62,869 nucleotides of DNA, filler included, from Neolecta irregularis DAH-3 (GCA_001929475.1; 9 parts of 9 records of this genome joined end to end with filler, not necessarily neighbours in it); one strand, 5' to 3'. Counted from the whole stretch's first letter, positions 47,224 through 60,083 are shown. Made by a program: numbers and translations. Notes: generated from the sequence alone by a model not told the origin.

Positions 47224-48615
47224 GAGGAGAAGAACCTCATTGTAAATGTCAGCTGATGCCTCAACATTTTCTGGGATGATAGCGTTAAAAATGGCGAAGA
47301 GCCTTTCAAGAGGAAAAGCTTTGGGACCGAGGAAACGTTGCGAAATCCATACAATTAAAGAGATATTCAAGAAGGACGTACTTTTATATTGGCCTTAGGT
47401 CGAGAGCCAAATTTTCTTTTGCGTCCAGGTTCCCTGCTTTTGGAAAAGAACCTGGCATCGAGCTTTGATGGATTATGACTAGCTAGATATGCAGCAAGAA
47501 GGAGAAATTTCCCGTAGGCAGGTAATTGATGTGTACTTTGAACATCGGACTTGAACTGAATTCCTTCCAGAGCAAACTTTTCGCCCGAAAACAGGAACGT
47601 TCCAGCCCGATAGAGACGAACCCAATCTGATTTCTCAATTCGACCTTCAACAGCAGGCTCTAGGAAAAGTGGCCATAAGCGAAGAGCCAGTGAACGAAGA
47701 TCGCATAGATCCCAGGTAAGATTTGAGTACCCTTCTACAATTACGTCAAGATAAGCTTGCCAAACCTCCTCGAGCAGATCGGCATCGTCCTCGTACACAG
47801 AGCGATCGAAAGATTCTTCAGCTAGGCACAACTTGAGGATTCGAACAATGTTTTCTTTACCATATGGCGGAAAGTGAATACTGGGAACGCACAGAGAACC
47901 AAGTTGCCGAAAGGGAAAACTGCGAAATACAAGAATGACAGTCAAGTTTGCTTCTGTCTGAAGATCAGCGACGTGTATTAAGACCTTGGCGTCACTAATT
48001 CTGAAAGGCGAAGTAGAGATGATAGGGTAGTTGGTGTAAAGTTGGAGGTTAACAATTCATCTGCGTCATCGAGAATCTTGAAAAGTTAGTTTTGATTGAA
48101 GGGGCTTGAGAATTGGATTTAATGAGCACAATGCCAAAGCGTCCCGCGTGAATGTGTTCAATCCCTGATGGCAAGCTCAGTAGAACTATCATACACTTGC
48201 AAGAAGGTTATTGAAAATGAAAAATCCGTACCAAAGCAATATTTCGGCCAATGTCTTTTAAAAGCGGCGCCATAGAACTTTGCAAAACGGTTAAACTATC
48301 CACTGCCGGAAGCTTTGAGCTAGATCCGACAAGTCTAGCCACTTCAGTGATGATACTGTCGAAGAGCAAGCGGGGTGTAAAGAACTCCAGGCATGATTTC
48401 CACACTGCAGGACGTTCAAGGAGAGTGAGCAATTCCTTCAAGACTAAGGACTTTCCAGTATTTGGAGGGCCATGGACAATCAGATTTGAAGGCGAGAGGG
48501 TTTGCTCAATATTAGATTAATTAGAAAGTGAGTATTTTACCTCGCTGATAAGAGCGATAAGATTTTGAATCTGACTGTCCCGCCCAGGAATTAAATCGAC
48601 CAGTTGATCAATCAT
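47224..48615 (-). CDS. ORC5: Origin recognition complex subunit 5 (3' end truncated)
   Basis: HGPPNTGKS Walker A, ILDDAD, IHFPPY, KFLLLAAYLASHNP..LDARFF, GPKAFPLERLFAIF. Confidence 0.92.
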
Positions 48616-48747
48616 AGTAGCCTTGATCTAAGAAAGGCACCATTTAATTGTGTTTTGAGAATAATTGACCATGATTCCAGAATGGTGGTTGATTTCAGTC
48701 GAATCCAAATTAACACCTTGAATATACCGGTTCATCCATCAAGAATC

Positions 48748-49154
48748 ATGGCTCCGCCTGTAGAACGACTGCAAGCTCTGGCAAAAGCTTCTGCAAAAAT
48801 ATTCGGCACGACCTTCAACCCAACAGCAATAAGAACAGGCAATAAAGTGCTCAGGCAGCGTCTTCGTGGACCAACTTTACTTGATTATTATCCTCGTCCT
48901 ATCTATAAATTCAAAGATATTCGAAAATTCTGGCCTAACATGGGCCTTGATACTGTAGGACCAGTTCTCGACGAACCGGAGCTTGAGCGGCTGGAAGATA
49001 TTGCATTGTGGGTTCTTTTCTCTAACTTGGACTAAATTTTCAGACGGAAAGAAAGAGGAAAAAGTGCCCCAAAGAAAGGTACTATACTTCAATCTACTTT
49101 GCTGACAATTTCTCAGGTGCTGGCAAGCGCGCAACTAGTGGAAAGAAGAGATAA
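48748..49154 (+). CDS. RSM27: Mitochondrial ribosomal protein mS33 (Rsm27)
   Basis: IFGTTFNP..RTGNKVLRQRLRGP..DYYP...RGKSAPKK. Confidence 0.92.
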
Positions 49155-49315
49155 AAGGTATTCGGTATCGTTGGTGTATTCTGCTTTTCCATGGACTGTT
49201 CGTGCTATTTGGATATATGTAATGTAATGGTATCATATGCATTCAATCATATGACCAAAAGGTGTCTCCATCAGTTTCTGCGCTCAGGGTTTCTGCTTTC
49301 AGTTGTATCCACTTC

Positions 49316-49540
49316 ATGTCTGTGACTCGACGCCCTTTTCTAATCTCCCGGTAAATATGACCTTGTATCATACTAGACAGTATCTCTTACTTCTCTAGGA
49401 TCGCAGACCCGATATTTGGCATAGCCTGTGGATACATGAGCTACTATCTTCACGAACGTGAAAATCCTAGAGCGCCGGGGCATTCGCTCATAGATCTTAT
49501 CGAACGGAAATGGAAGAACAGCGAGTCTCCCGCATACTGA
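49316..49540 (+). CDS. NCE101: Non-classical export protein 1 (58 aa; intron 49351-49398)
   Basis: Spliced MSVTRRPFLISRIADPIFGIACGYMSYYLHERENPRAPGHSLIDLIERKW. Confidence 0.85.
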
Positions 49541-50528
49541 ATATTGCGATGAAACATGCTTTGGAGGTGTATCGGTTGGAGCCGACTGTATCCTGTTTTT
49601 CCCTCATACAAAGGCTTATTTTATTTTGAACTCGGCGAGTTTCGCACGCCAATTATTCCTCAACTCGTTTTGTTTAAGGTTTTGAGTCACGGCCTTTTCA
49701 TAATACAATCATTCATTTATTTCCAAGGTATAGAGGCCCGCGTCATTGTTCATCTATTTTTCTCATTGTTCGTCCTGTGCTCGCTGTATAATATCTTTCG
49801 GTATATCACCTCAAAATGAATTTGGTATCTAATCAAATTTCGAGGCTGCAACAAGAGAAAGCCTACGGAGTGCTCTTTTGGGATTGTTTCCAAGGCCTCG
49901 GTTCAGATAACACCACCCTTGTAGCTCTGATCGGTAGATATCTAGCGGTTTTACCAAAACTTGTTCCATCTGCCGAAACGTGAGTCATGCAAGGTGCAAG
50001 GGTTATGTGTTCCCTTGTATGATGTCTTGTGACGCTCGTGCCGATAGAAGAATTCTCCAGGTATCTCAAATATTATACTAGATCTCGATATCGTCGCGTT
50101 CTCTAAAGCTGCGACCGAAAAGACGTTGTGTTCATGTTTCGAGAGCAGACTACAGAATATAATACAACAAGCATCTGAGAGACAACTTATCGTCTGAGGA
50201 TAAACGATGACCTGGCAGTTTCCAGCCAATCATAGCATGGGATCTTTGTAATGACGACACCAAACTGTTTTTATTCACCTATTGTTTATCTATCAGTGTC
50301 ATTGGAGGTTTAAATCCTCAGGCACATGAGCAAGCAAGATCGGTGATACAAAACAGGAAGCAAAACAAGCAAAACTGCATGTTTTGTAGATACATTTAAG
50401 TTATCTAGGTAATGCTGTTCGTAGGTACTAAAGTTTATTCGTCCACCACCATCCACCTCCCATCCCTCTTATCCTTTTGTTTCTGCAAACTTTCCCCTTT
50501 CCTGCCCTTTTACGATCCGTTACGACAT

Positions 50529-51879
50529 ATGGATTCATTCCACTATGATAACCCGGCAGCATCGCATTTTGAGTCAATTTTCAGTTCTCCTGCGTCCCAA
50601 AATGTCCATCTTTCGCCCTCTCCGAATCGATTCGACAGTCAGCCGCGAAGCGCCACCGGAGTTTTGCGGAATTCGCGATCTAGGGCAAAGCTCCCTACTG
50701 TATATTCTTTGAGCGAGTGTTGGATTGACTGCTTGTAGCACTGGTTGTCCGACGATCCGAGTCCGACTAGAGATGCTTTCAGCAATGAAGCCAATTCCAC
50801 TGAGGAGGACCAAGAGGTCATCCCAACTGCTGTTGTCATCAAGAACATTCCTTTTGCAATAAAGAAGGAGCAATTGCTGGAGATCATGGTACCGATAAAC
50901 CATTACTATGGCTAATCTCTATCTAGGAAGATATTGGCCTGCCAAAACCATATGCATTCAACTACCATTTTGACAATGGGATGTTTCGGGGACTCGCATT
51001 CGCCAATTTCCATACTCCTGATGATACAGATATGATTGTTACAGTTTTGAACGGATACGATATACAAGGTCGTAAACTTCGCGTAGAGTATAAGAAAGTA
51101 TTGCCGGCTGCGGATCGCGAGCGAATTGAGCGTGAGAAGGCTGAAAAAAGAAGGCTTATGGAGGAGATGGGACTTGTTACTGGACAGATGCAATCTAGTT
51201 TGAGTCTCAACCCTGGTCCCATCAAAGCTCCAAAGCCAAAATTGGGTATGTATCACATTCGAATACAACTTACTGTCAAGATATCGATATGAACGATCCA
51301 GACACGCTAGAGCTCTATTCTCAAGTTTTGCTTTTCCGGGATGATAAATCACGCGTTGAATTAGAATTCACCCCGACGCTTACACCTACTCAACGACGAA
51401 TCGTCCACGTCATTGCATCTAAACTTGGGCTGGAGCATGGAAGCAGGGGTGAGGGTGACCAGCGGCGCGTATGCGTTATGCGACCGGCTGTGATTCAGCC
51501 TAGTTTAAAGGTACGATTTAGGATATCTAGCACGCTGATGATCTAGGCAAGACCGTCTTTTGCTACGCTTGGAAGATCGTCAAACCGAGCTCTGCTTGAT
51601 CCAACTGGAACCTCTGCATCTTTTAGTTCTCGAATGAAACCTATGAAATCTTTTGCAGATCTTCGAAGTGCAGCACCGCAACGACGCCCGAGTCCTATTT
51701 CCTTTGATATCCGGGTCGATAGCCCAAATGGGCTAATGGGACCAATGAATCTCTCCATGCCCTTTCGACAACCGCGAGGCCCAGAAGTTGGAAAGGACTT
51801 TCTTTACCGCAAGACCCCTGGGACGTCGCAGACACCGGCTGAATTGGAAGTTCAAAGTGTTCCGATTGAAGTTGAGTAA
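50529..51879 (+). CDS. PIN4: RRM + R3H RNA-binding protein (Pin4/Cip1/Cip2-like)
   Basis: IPTAVVIKNIPF, YAFNYHFDNGMFRGLAFANF, RKLRVEYKKVLP, QRRIVH R3H. Confidence 0.88.
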
Positions 51880-52164
51880 AATGTGGAGCTATCTCATGAT
51901 ATAAATGATATTTTATGTTGACGACTGATGTTCTCTTTAATATGTTTTTTGTTCATCGATGGCGCTTGCTGGCTTGTAAGGCGCGATCTGCTTGACTTGA
52001 TAAATACGAGGTTTTATCGACGATAATATATATAGGCAATATACGTGCATAAAAGCCTTGTATCTTCCTGAGGCGGGTTTATTGGAGGTTGAATATTAAA
52101 CAGGTTGCCTACTCCGCAACCACACTGTCCACCCAACTGTCCTTGTTTCTAATTGGAAATAAAC

Positions 52165-52732
52165 ATGGTACCGCATTTCGTCAAACCAAAAATTAAACTC
52201 TAGGCTCGTTCAGGCGTAAGTGTCGATAAGGAATGCAACAATGCATTTCAGGATCTCAAACTGGGCAAGAAATTTCACTACGTCATCTTCAAGCTCGACA
52301 GCGACGCAAAGAACATCGTTGTTGATAAGATTGGCGCAAAAAGCAGTGAGGAGAAGGCGAGCAAGATGGATAGCAAGGAGATCTATGAAGAGTTCATTGA
52401 ACATCTTCCAGAGACCGATTGCCGATACGCTATCTATGACTTTCAGTATGTAAAAAGCGCAGAAGAAGGATTCAGGAGCAAGATTGTCTTTATTGCTTGG
52501 TATACATGATCTGCGTTGCGACTGCTGACGAATCCAGGAGCCCAGATGAGAGCTCAGTGAAATCCAAAGTACCTTTCAAACAACGGCGATAGCTGACATA
52601 TAGATGGTTTATGCTTCATCAAAGGAGATACTTCGCACGCTGTTTAGTGGGGTTGGAGTGGAATTGCAAGCGACTGCACTCGATGAAGTCGACTATGCAA
52701 GTGTTTTAGAGAAATGCAATCGCGGAAATTGA
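52165..52732 (+). CDS. COF1: Cofilin/ADF
   Basis: M|ARSGVSV..C...LKLGK, CRYAIYDF, KIVFIAWSPD, KSKMVYASSK. Confidence 0.95.
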
Positions 52733-52917
52733 ATAGCTATAATGGATTAGTACGACTCGTACCAAGTGCTTTTGGTGTTGTGTACTGTGACGTGCGGTAT
52801 GAACATGATCCAGTTCCTAGTTCCTGTTTAGATGCTCAGTCGTGATTCTGATGTATTCTTTAAAGTTTTTTTATTTTGTCGATATAGCGGTAAAAAAGTT
52901 TTGCGACTTTACATACG

Positions 52918-54716
52918 ATGGGTCGTCGACAACGAAATAAACAGCCAGCTCCAGATTCTCTAAAGCAAAAGTCTGGTCATGGCATAAACAAAGGAACAGA
53001 CTCACGAAAGCCAAGACCTGGAAAGAAGGTCAATGGCCATGCTAAGAAAATTGTTCAGCCGACGGAACCGGAAAAAATATCCCTGTTCCGAGATTCAGAT
53101 GGAGAATTTGAACAAGACGGGTTACGTTTAAATTTTGCACTAGTTGATGAAAGAGACGAAGAATTTCCAGATGAAGAGAGTTTTCCGTCAAACGACGAGA
53201 TGGTATGCGCTAACGAGGGAATCTTTAACCCGCAGGATGAAGTATCAGATATCATGTTCAGTGACGATGACGGCGATCTTGATCTTAAATATGCCAATAT
53301 GGAAGCCATGTCGTCTCGGTTAGACGCAAAAGCACAAATAGAAGCGGACGAAGCGGAAGCTGAATTGAAAACCAATATCGCGGATAAGATTTGTGTGCTT
53401 CCGTCTGAGATTGAAGAGACAACCAACCTTGCTCCGATTCAGATGCGTATACAAGAGATATCTAGGATACTGTCGGATATTAAGAATTTCGGAGAACAAG
53501 GACGGAGTAGAAGCGAATATGTTTTGCAGATCATTCGTGATATTTCAGTATATTATGGGTATTCAGAGTTTCTGGCAGAAAAGCTGTTCAATATGTTTTC
53601 AGTACAAGAGGTATTTCTTCCGAGAATCAATTTACTATTTCAAGGCGATTGAATTTTTCGAAGCCAACGAGGTCGCGAGGCCTGTCACAATACGGACGAA
53701 TACGCTCAAAACAAGAAGACGAAATCTTGCCCAAGCTCTGATCGCCAGGGGAGTCAACCTGGATCCACTCGGAAAATGGACAAAAGTCGGTCTTCAAGTC
53801 TTTGATAGTCAAGTTCCGATTGGTACTTTTTATTTTTAAACTTTTTAATCAACAGGTGCAACGCCAGAGTATTTAGCTGGGCACTACATGATCCAGGCTG
53901 CATCGTCTTTTCTTCCTGTTATTGCATTAGCACCGCAGCCGAATGAACGTATTCTTGATATGTCTGCGGCACCTGGTGGGAAAACAACGTATATCGCCGC
54001 TCTCCTCAAAAATACCGGCTGTGTGTTTGCTAATGATTCTAATAAAGACCGCGCAAAGGGTCTTGTTGCGAATATTCACCGGCTGGGTGTGAGAAATACT
54101 GTTGTGTGCAGTTATGATGGGCGAGAGTTTCCAAAGGTCATTGGCGGATTCGATCGCGTGCTATTGGATGCACCCTGCAGCGGAACGGGAGTTATCAGCA
54201 AGGATCCTAGCGTGAAAACGAATAAAGTACTCTGTATGGGATGTCGTGTTTGACATGTAGACCGAAAAAGACTTTATTGACCTGCCGCATATCCAAAAGC
54301 AGCTTATTCTTGCCGCGATCGACTCTGTAGATGCGTCTTCGAAAACGGGTGGATATATCGTATACGCAACATGTTCGGTAACTGTTGACGAGAACGAGGC
54401 TGTGGTAGAGTATGCACTGAAAAAGCGGGCGAATGTCAAACTTGTGCCTACCGGACTGGATTTCGGCAAAGAGGGTTTTGTGCGGTTTCGAGGAAAAACA
54501 TTCAACTCCAAGATGAATCTCACTCGGAGATACTATCCGCATGTGCACAACATGGATGGATTTTTCGTAGCTAAATTCAAAAAGGTGGAGAATACGCCAA
54601 TATTGGTGCTGGACATGAATGTTGAGGAACAAGGCCAGTTTGATAGCGATGAAGACCGCAAGTACATTTTAGAGAGTTTATCTCGGTTGAGAAAGAGAAA
54701 AGGTGCAAGGGCGTAG
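52918..54716 (+). CDS. NOP2: 25S rRNA m5C methyltransferase Nop2
   Basis: [54 protein letters not shown]. Confidence 0.96.
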
Positions 54717-54773
54717 ACAGTTTGTAGATTTTGGAGGTTGGGTGACAAACCAACAACTGCACAGCTTCTCGGG

Positions 54774-56720
54774 ATGCAGTCTTTTGAGAATATGCAGGCG
54801 CAGAATATACAGCCGCAGAATCAACATAAAGCCGAATACACGCTTCAGGGGACCATGCATTATCTGCAGAACGAATGGTACAAATTTGAAAGAGACCGCA
54901 ACCATTGGGAGATTGAAAAAGCGGAAATGAAGGTGTGCTTTTCGTCTACCTGACTAACTGAAGATGCGAATAGCTAAACTCGAAGGTGAGAGTCGCGGGA
55001 CTGCGCGATTGAACGATTCACTCTTACGACGAATCCAGATGCTTGAAAAGGCGCTATTTGACGAGCGGTACGTTGACCGTGTTTGACGACGACTAAGTCG
55101 CAGGCAAAAGCATTCTGTGAATTCAGAGGATCATTTGGGTATGCGTTTTGACTATGAAATTTACAATCAGCGCCACCACTAGTGCATTCTGAATCGCTCG
55201 TGGAATTTATAGAGATTGCAAAGCTACGCGAACCGGAGGGTCGATCGCGAAGCCGTGTGTTTCTCGAAAAGTGGTATCCCAAGACGACACTTTTTGACCC
55301 AAAGATGTTTACAGGAAGTTGCGTATTACACTTGCAAGACGAACATGGACTCGGTCCAAGTTGACCCGCCTTTTGTGCCGTATTATAAACCTCCGTCACC
55401 GCCGTCGTCTCTAGAGGAAGCGCCGGGTATTAACGGGGGCTCGATGCGTCGGAAACTAAAGCCCAAGACGCAGAAACCCGAAAATAAGCCGTCTATGCGG
55501 CGGCAGCTGGAGGAATGGGACACCAACGATGAGATTGTTGGCTGGGATCTAAGCGACGAGGAAGATTTATCGCGGGCGATGGAGAACGCGGCGGAGCAGA
55601 GCAGCTGGAAGCCCCGATATGCATTAAGAGGCCATCTTGGCGGTGTAAAGTGCCTTGAATTCATGCCGAATGTGCCCGCACTAGTGTCTGCTGGGGATGA
55701 CGGGCTTGTGAAATGGTGGCGGCTGCCGAAGAAGGGATCTCTAAAGTAGGATTACGTGTTGCATGGCTGAGATGCAGGAACGTTGGCGAGATCCATGCAA
55801 TTATGACATTTCGCGGACACCGGGGGATAGTAACGAGCCTGCAAGTGGATCGAGAGGGCAAGCACATTTATAGTGCAGGTCAAGACTGTACGATAATGGT
55901 GTGGCAAGCGCCCGAGTTTGACATTGAGATCTATTCATCACTGGGTTTGCATGATTGTTGTCTGTTCTAAGTACACAGCGGAAGAGTATATGCATCCGAG
56001 GGTGTTTGTTGGGCACACGGATGCGATCTGGGATATCAAGCTGGCGCCGTCGTTGCCGCTGCTGGCGTCTGCGAGCGCGGATGGTGTTTTGAAGCTGTGG
56101 AATACGGAGCCTGGAGCGCCGTCGCCGCTGGTTGCGTCGTGGCGACACGACGATGGTGTCACGCCGATATCGATGAGTTTTATCACGAACGAGCGTATTG
56201 CCGTGGCGTGGAGTAATTGTGTTATCGAGATTCGGGAGGTGGCGACGGGGCGGGTGGTGCAGGAGTTGCCGAGCGCTCAGACGTTTGATGGGACGAGGGA
56301 GACGCAGATCAACCGGATACTTGCCCTTCCTGTTGACAATATGATTATTTCAGCACACGAAGACCGGTACATCCGGTTCTTTGACATTGACTCTGGTACG
56401 GTGTGTGTGTAAGTGACTCACGTCAGGCCAGTGCACGTATTCGATGTTTGCGCATTTGGATGCCGTTTCTGCGATAGCGGCGTCGCCTGATGGGGAGACG
56501 TTGGTGTCTGGGGGTATGTCTTGGACGAACGGAATTGAGAGTAGGGCATGATGCGAGTATCCGTTTCTGGGACATGTTGGCGTCGAGGCAGTGTATCCAA
56601 GAGCTTTCGACGCACCGGTGCAAGTCTGACGAGGGAGTTTTGTGTCTGCGGTGGGATTCTAGCGGGTATATTGCGAGTGCTGGGGGGGATGGAGTAGTGA
56701 AACTTTACTGGCGGGAATGA
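54774..56720 (+). CDS. Striatin (STRIPAK scaffold; Far8/Pro11/Csc3 family)
   Basis: [37 protein letters not shown]-terminal WD40 ending [12 protein letters not shown]. Confidence 0.92.
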
Positions 56721-56825
56721 TCACTTAATGATCACTTGGAATGATCAATCATCAATAATACATCATGTCAAAGAGTACTATTGCAAGCAATACATACCGA
56801 CATAATTCCATCGACATCAGATCAA

Positions 56826-57814
56826 CTAGTAACCGTCGTCCTGGACGTCATCGGCAACCGAGTCCTGTGCGACCTCTTCGTAATCACGCTCCAAGGCGGC
56901 GAGGTCCTCTCTGGCCTCTGAGAACTCGCCCTCCTCCATGCCCTCGCCGACGTACCAGTGAACAAAGGCGCGCTTGGAGTACATCAGGTCGAACTTGTGG
57001 TCGAGGCGGGTCCAGGCTTCAGCGATGGCGGTGCTGCAGTCAGCGGGGAGGGAGAGGGCGGGTACGTGTTTGAGAGCATGCAGAGGGATCTGTCTACGGG
57101 GGCGAGGTCGCCGGCGGGGACGAACTGGGGGGGCTGGTAGCAGATGCCGATCTTGATGCCAGTGGGACACCAGTCGACGAACTGGATGGTGCGCTGGGTC
57201 TTTATGTGGGCGGCGGCATTGTGGACGTCGCGGGGGACGACGTCGCCGCGGTAGAGCAGACAGGTGGCCATGTACTTGCCCTTGCGGGGATCGCAGCGGA
57301 CCTGGCGTTAGCGCGAAGCAGGGCCAGGGCACCATCTGGTTGTGGGGCTCGAAGCAGGCGTTTGTGATCTCTGCGACGGAGTTTGCCTCGTGGGCGGCCT
57401 TTGAGGCGGAGACGAGCGGGGCGTAGGCGACGAGGGGGAAGTGGACGCGCGGGTAGGGCACGAGGTTTGTCTGGAACTCTGTCAGGTCGACGTTGAGCGA
57501 GCCGTCGAAGCGCAGGGAGGCGGTGATGGAGGAGACGGCTGGGGTCAGCGGGGCTTACCGGGGACGCACCCTGGGCGATCAGGCGGTTGAGGTTGTCGTA
57601 GCTGGGGCGGCCGACGCGCAGGCTGGCCTTGCAGATGTCGTAGATGGCCTCGTTGTCGACCATGAAGGTGCAGTCGCTGTGCTCGAGGGTGGTGTGGGTG
57701 GTCAGGATGGCGTTGTACGGCTCGACGACGGAGGAGGACACGAGCGGCGCCGGGTAGACGGCGAACTCGAGCTTGCACTTCTTGCCGTAGTCGACGGCCA
57801 GGCGCTCGAGCAGC
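56826..57814 (-). CDS. TUB1: Alpha-tubulin, 3' part (5' end lost at a gap), GC-rich
   Basis: [56 protein letters not shown], terminal Tyr. Confidence 0.96.
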
Positions 57815-57998
57815 NNNNNNNNNNAGTCGCATATATACCGGTTCATCCATCAAGAATCATGGCTCCGCCTGTAGAACGACTGCAAGCTCTGGCAAAAGNN
57901 NNNNNNNNNNNNNNNNNNNNNNNNNNNNNNNNNNNNNNNNNNTTAATTAATTAANNNNNNNNNNNNNNNNNNNNNNNNNNNNNNNNNNNNNNNNNNNN

Positions 57999-58506
57999 AA
58001 AGGATACAGAAGAGAAAGGATACAGAAGAGAAAGGATACAGAAGAGAAAGGATACAGAAGAGAATAGGATACAGAAGAGAATAGGATACAAAAGAGAAAG
58101 GATACAGAAGAGAATAGGATACAGAAGAGAAAGGATACAGAAGAGAATAGGATACAAAAGAGAATAGGATACAAAAGAGAAAGGATACAGAAGAGAATAG
58201 GATACAGAAGAGAATAGGATACAAAAGAGAATAGGATACAGAAGAGAATAGGATACAAAAGAGAAAGGATACAGAAGAGAATAGGATACAAAAGAGAAAG
58301 GATACAGAAGAGAAAGGATACAGAAGAGAATAGGATACAAAAGAGAAAGGATACAGAAGAGAATAGGATACAGAAGAGAAAGGATACAGAAGAGAATAAG
58401 GATACAGAAGAGAAAGGATACAGAAGAGAAAGGATACAGAAGAGAATAGGATACAGAAGAGAAAGGATACAGAAGAGAAAGGATACAGAAGAGAATAAGG
58501 ATACAG
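57999..58506 (+). repeat. Purine-rich 16/17-bp satellite AGGATACA(G/A)AAGAGAA(T), ~30 units
   Basis: Directly visible; starts at the scaffold edge. Confidence 0.95.
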
Positions 58507-58860
58507 GAGATAGAATCAATGTTCAACCTCAGTATGTATGTGGTCAATTGCGACACCTGGAATATCCCACAGTGAGAATCATGATTATGCCACGCAAGAG
58601 ATATTTACCCAATCTTCTACCCACTATCTTGAGAACCAATCAAAAATAAGATTCTTTGTGAGATAAGGATAGGCAACTCCAAGCACAAGTGGTAAGTATG
58701 GAATACCGTCCTTGAGAGATATTTTTATGAGATTCAAATTTATGCAAAGCTTTTACAGAGGTAGTGGAATGGGCTGTTACAGGTTAGGGTTAGGCGTCGC
58801 AGAAGATGCGGATAATAATTAATCTAGTTCATAAATAGCTGCCGACAGTCCGAATCTAGT

Positions 58861-59587
58861 TCATCTACTGAAATAGCTGCCGACACTCCGTTTCATGCAA
58901 TATGTAAAAAGCAAAAGGGGATGGTCGGCCTTTACCAGGCGCCGCAAACGCTCTTTTGCGAGGATATTTCCTGTTTTCTCGTATACGCTTCTGGGGACGC
59001 CCGAGTTGTTGCGTTCGTGGCCGTCTGGAAGATCGATGTAGACGTCCCAGTAGCTCAATTTCAAGGCGGCCAGACGGGGAAAGTTGAGGATGACGGAGCG
59101 GAGGAAGGGGTAGAGGGCGATGTCGAAGGCGTAGACGGTGGCGCGGAGGGAGAGGGCGGTGAGGCTGGGCAGGTTTGTGACCTGGGCGAGGATCTGGAGG
59201 GCGGCGCGGTAGCGCAGGCTTGTTTCCTTTTGGTGGTAAAAGTAGAGGCGGCAGTCGTCGCGGATGAGTTCTTCGGCGACGGCGAACTGCAGGTGGAGGC
59301 GGGCGACGGAGGACGGGATGGCGGCGACCAGCAGCTGGAAGCGGTCCAGGATCCTGCCGCGGATGCTCAGCGAGCGCAGCGAGTGGATGGAGGCGAGGAA
59401 GAGCGGCAGGCTGGCGGGGACCGCGTCGGCGTCCTGGACCTTCCAGTCGAGCTCGAGGTTCTGCACGTGCAGGCCGGCGCCCAGCAGGTGCGCCAGGTCG
59501 CGGTCGCTCGCGCCCGTGAGCACGACGGCGCCGGCAAACGCGGCGCCCGCGAGCGGCGTCGCGAGCACGGCGAGGTCGCGCGGCGTG
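58861..59587 (-). CDS. LRR/RNI-like lineage-specific protein, probably 5'-truncated
   Basis: Repeated LxxLxL (VQNLEL, LRSLSI, VARLHL, LTALSL, LAALKL); GC3-rich codon use. Confidence 0.55.
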
Positions 59588-59902
59588 NNNNNNNNNNNNN
59601 NNNNNNNNNNNNNNNNNNNNNNNNNNNNNNNTTAATTAATTAANNNNNNNNNNNNNNNNNNNNNNNNNNNNNNNNNNNNNNNNNNNNAGTAAGTAAAAAT
59701 AAAAGATAAGAACTTCTCTAAACTAGACCCAGTGAGACAACCGGCCGCATTTCTCCTATACGAGAGACCTATGGCGAGCCAGACCGATCCAATGACCTAG
59801 TTCTTCAAAGTTAAAATGTAGAAACGGGTCGTTGGGCTTGGCTGACCGCGTGCTGAAGACGTCTAAAAATGCCGCGCAAGATAGTTGAGGTAAATGATGT
59901 GA

Positions 59903-59992
59903 TGTTTCGGTCTCTCCTTTTGTCTCAACTAACTGTTGTACAGTACTTGTCCCGGCTGTTTCACATGTGAGCTCTACTAGAAATGTCTTTAA
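59903..59992 (+). repeat. ~85-bp direct repeat with 60435-60516
   Basis: CGGTCTCTCCTTTTGTCTCAACT...CTTGTCCCGGCTGTTTCACATGTGA...AAATGTCTTTAA in both copies. Confidence 0.85.
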
Positions 59993-60083
59993 TGGGATAG
60001 TGATGGGAATTCTGAAGGAGTGGGAGGGGATAATTGTTGAGGTAGATAGGGAGCGAGGTAGAGGGTGGAGTGAGGTCCGTCGC

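Noticed and set aside
48101..48200. SECIS element or permuted tRNA in the ORC5 intron
   Set aside because: ATGA...AAA is present but the 3' GA of the SECIS quartet is missing; the GTTCAATCC and AGCTCAGTAG motifs lack T-stem and anticodon-stem pairing
57833..57898. RSM27 duplication or fusion next to alpha-tubulin
   Set aside because: Exact 66-bp copy isolated between N gaps; scaffolding artefact
57947..58556. Long hydrophobic ORFs (SSVSFLFCIL repeats) as membrane proteins
   Set aside because: Translations of the 16/17-bp satellite, open in all three frames
58921..59643. 240-aa plus-strand ORF
   Set aside because: Antisense shadow of the GC3-rich LRR-like gene on the minus strand
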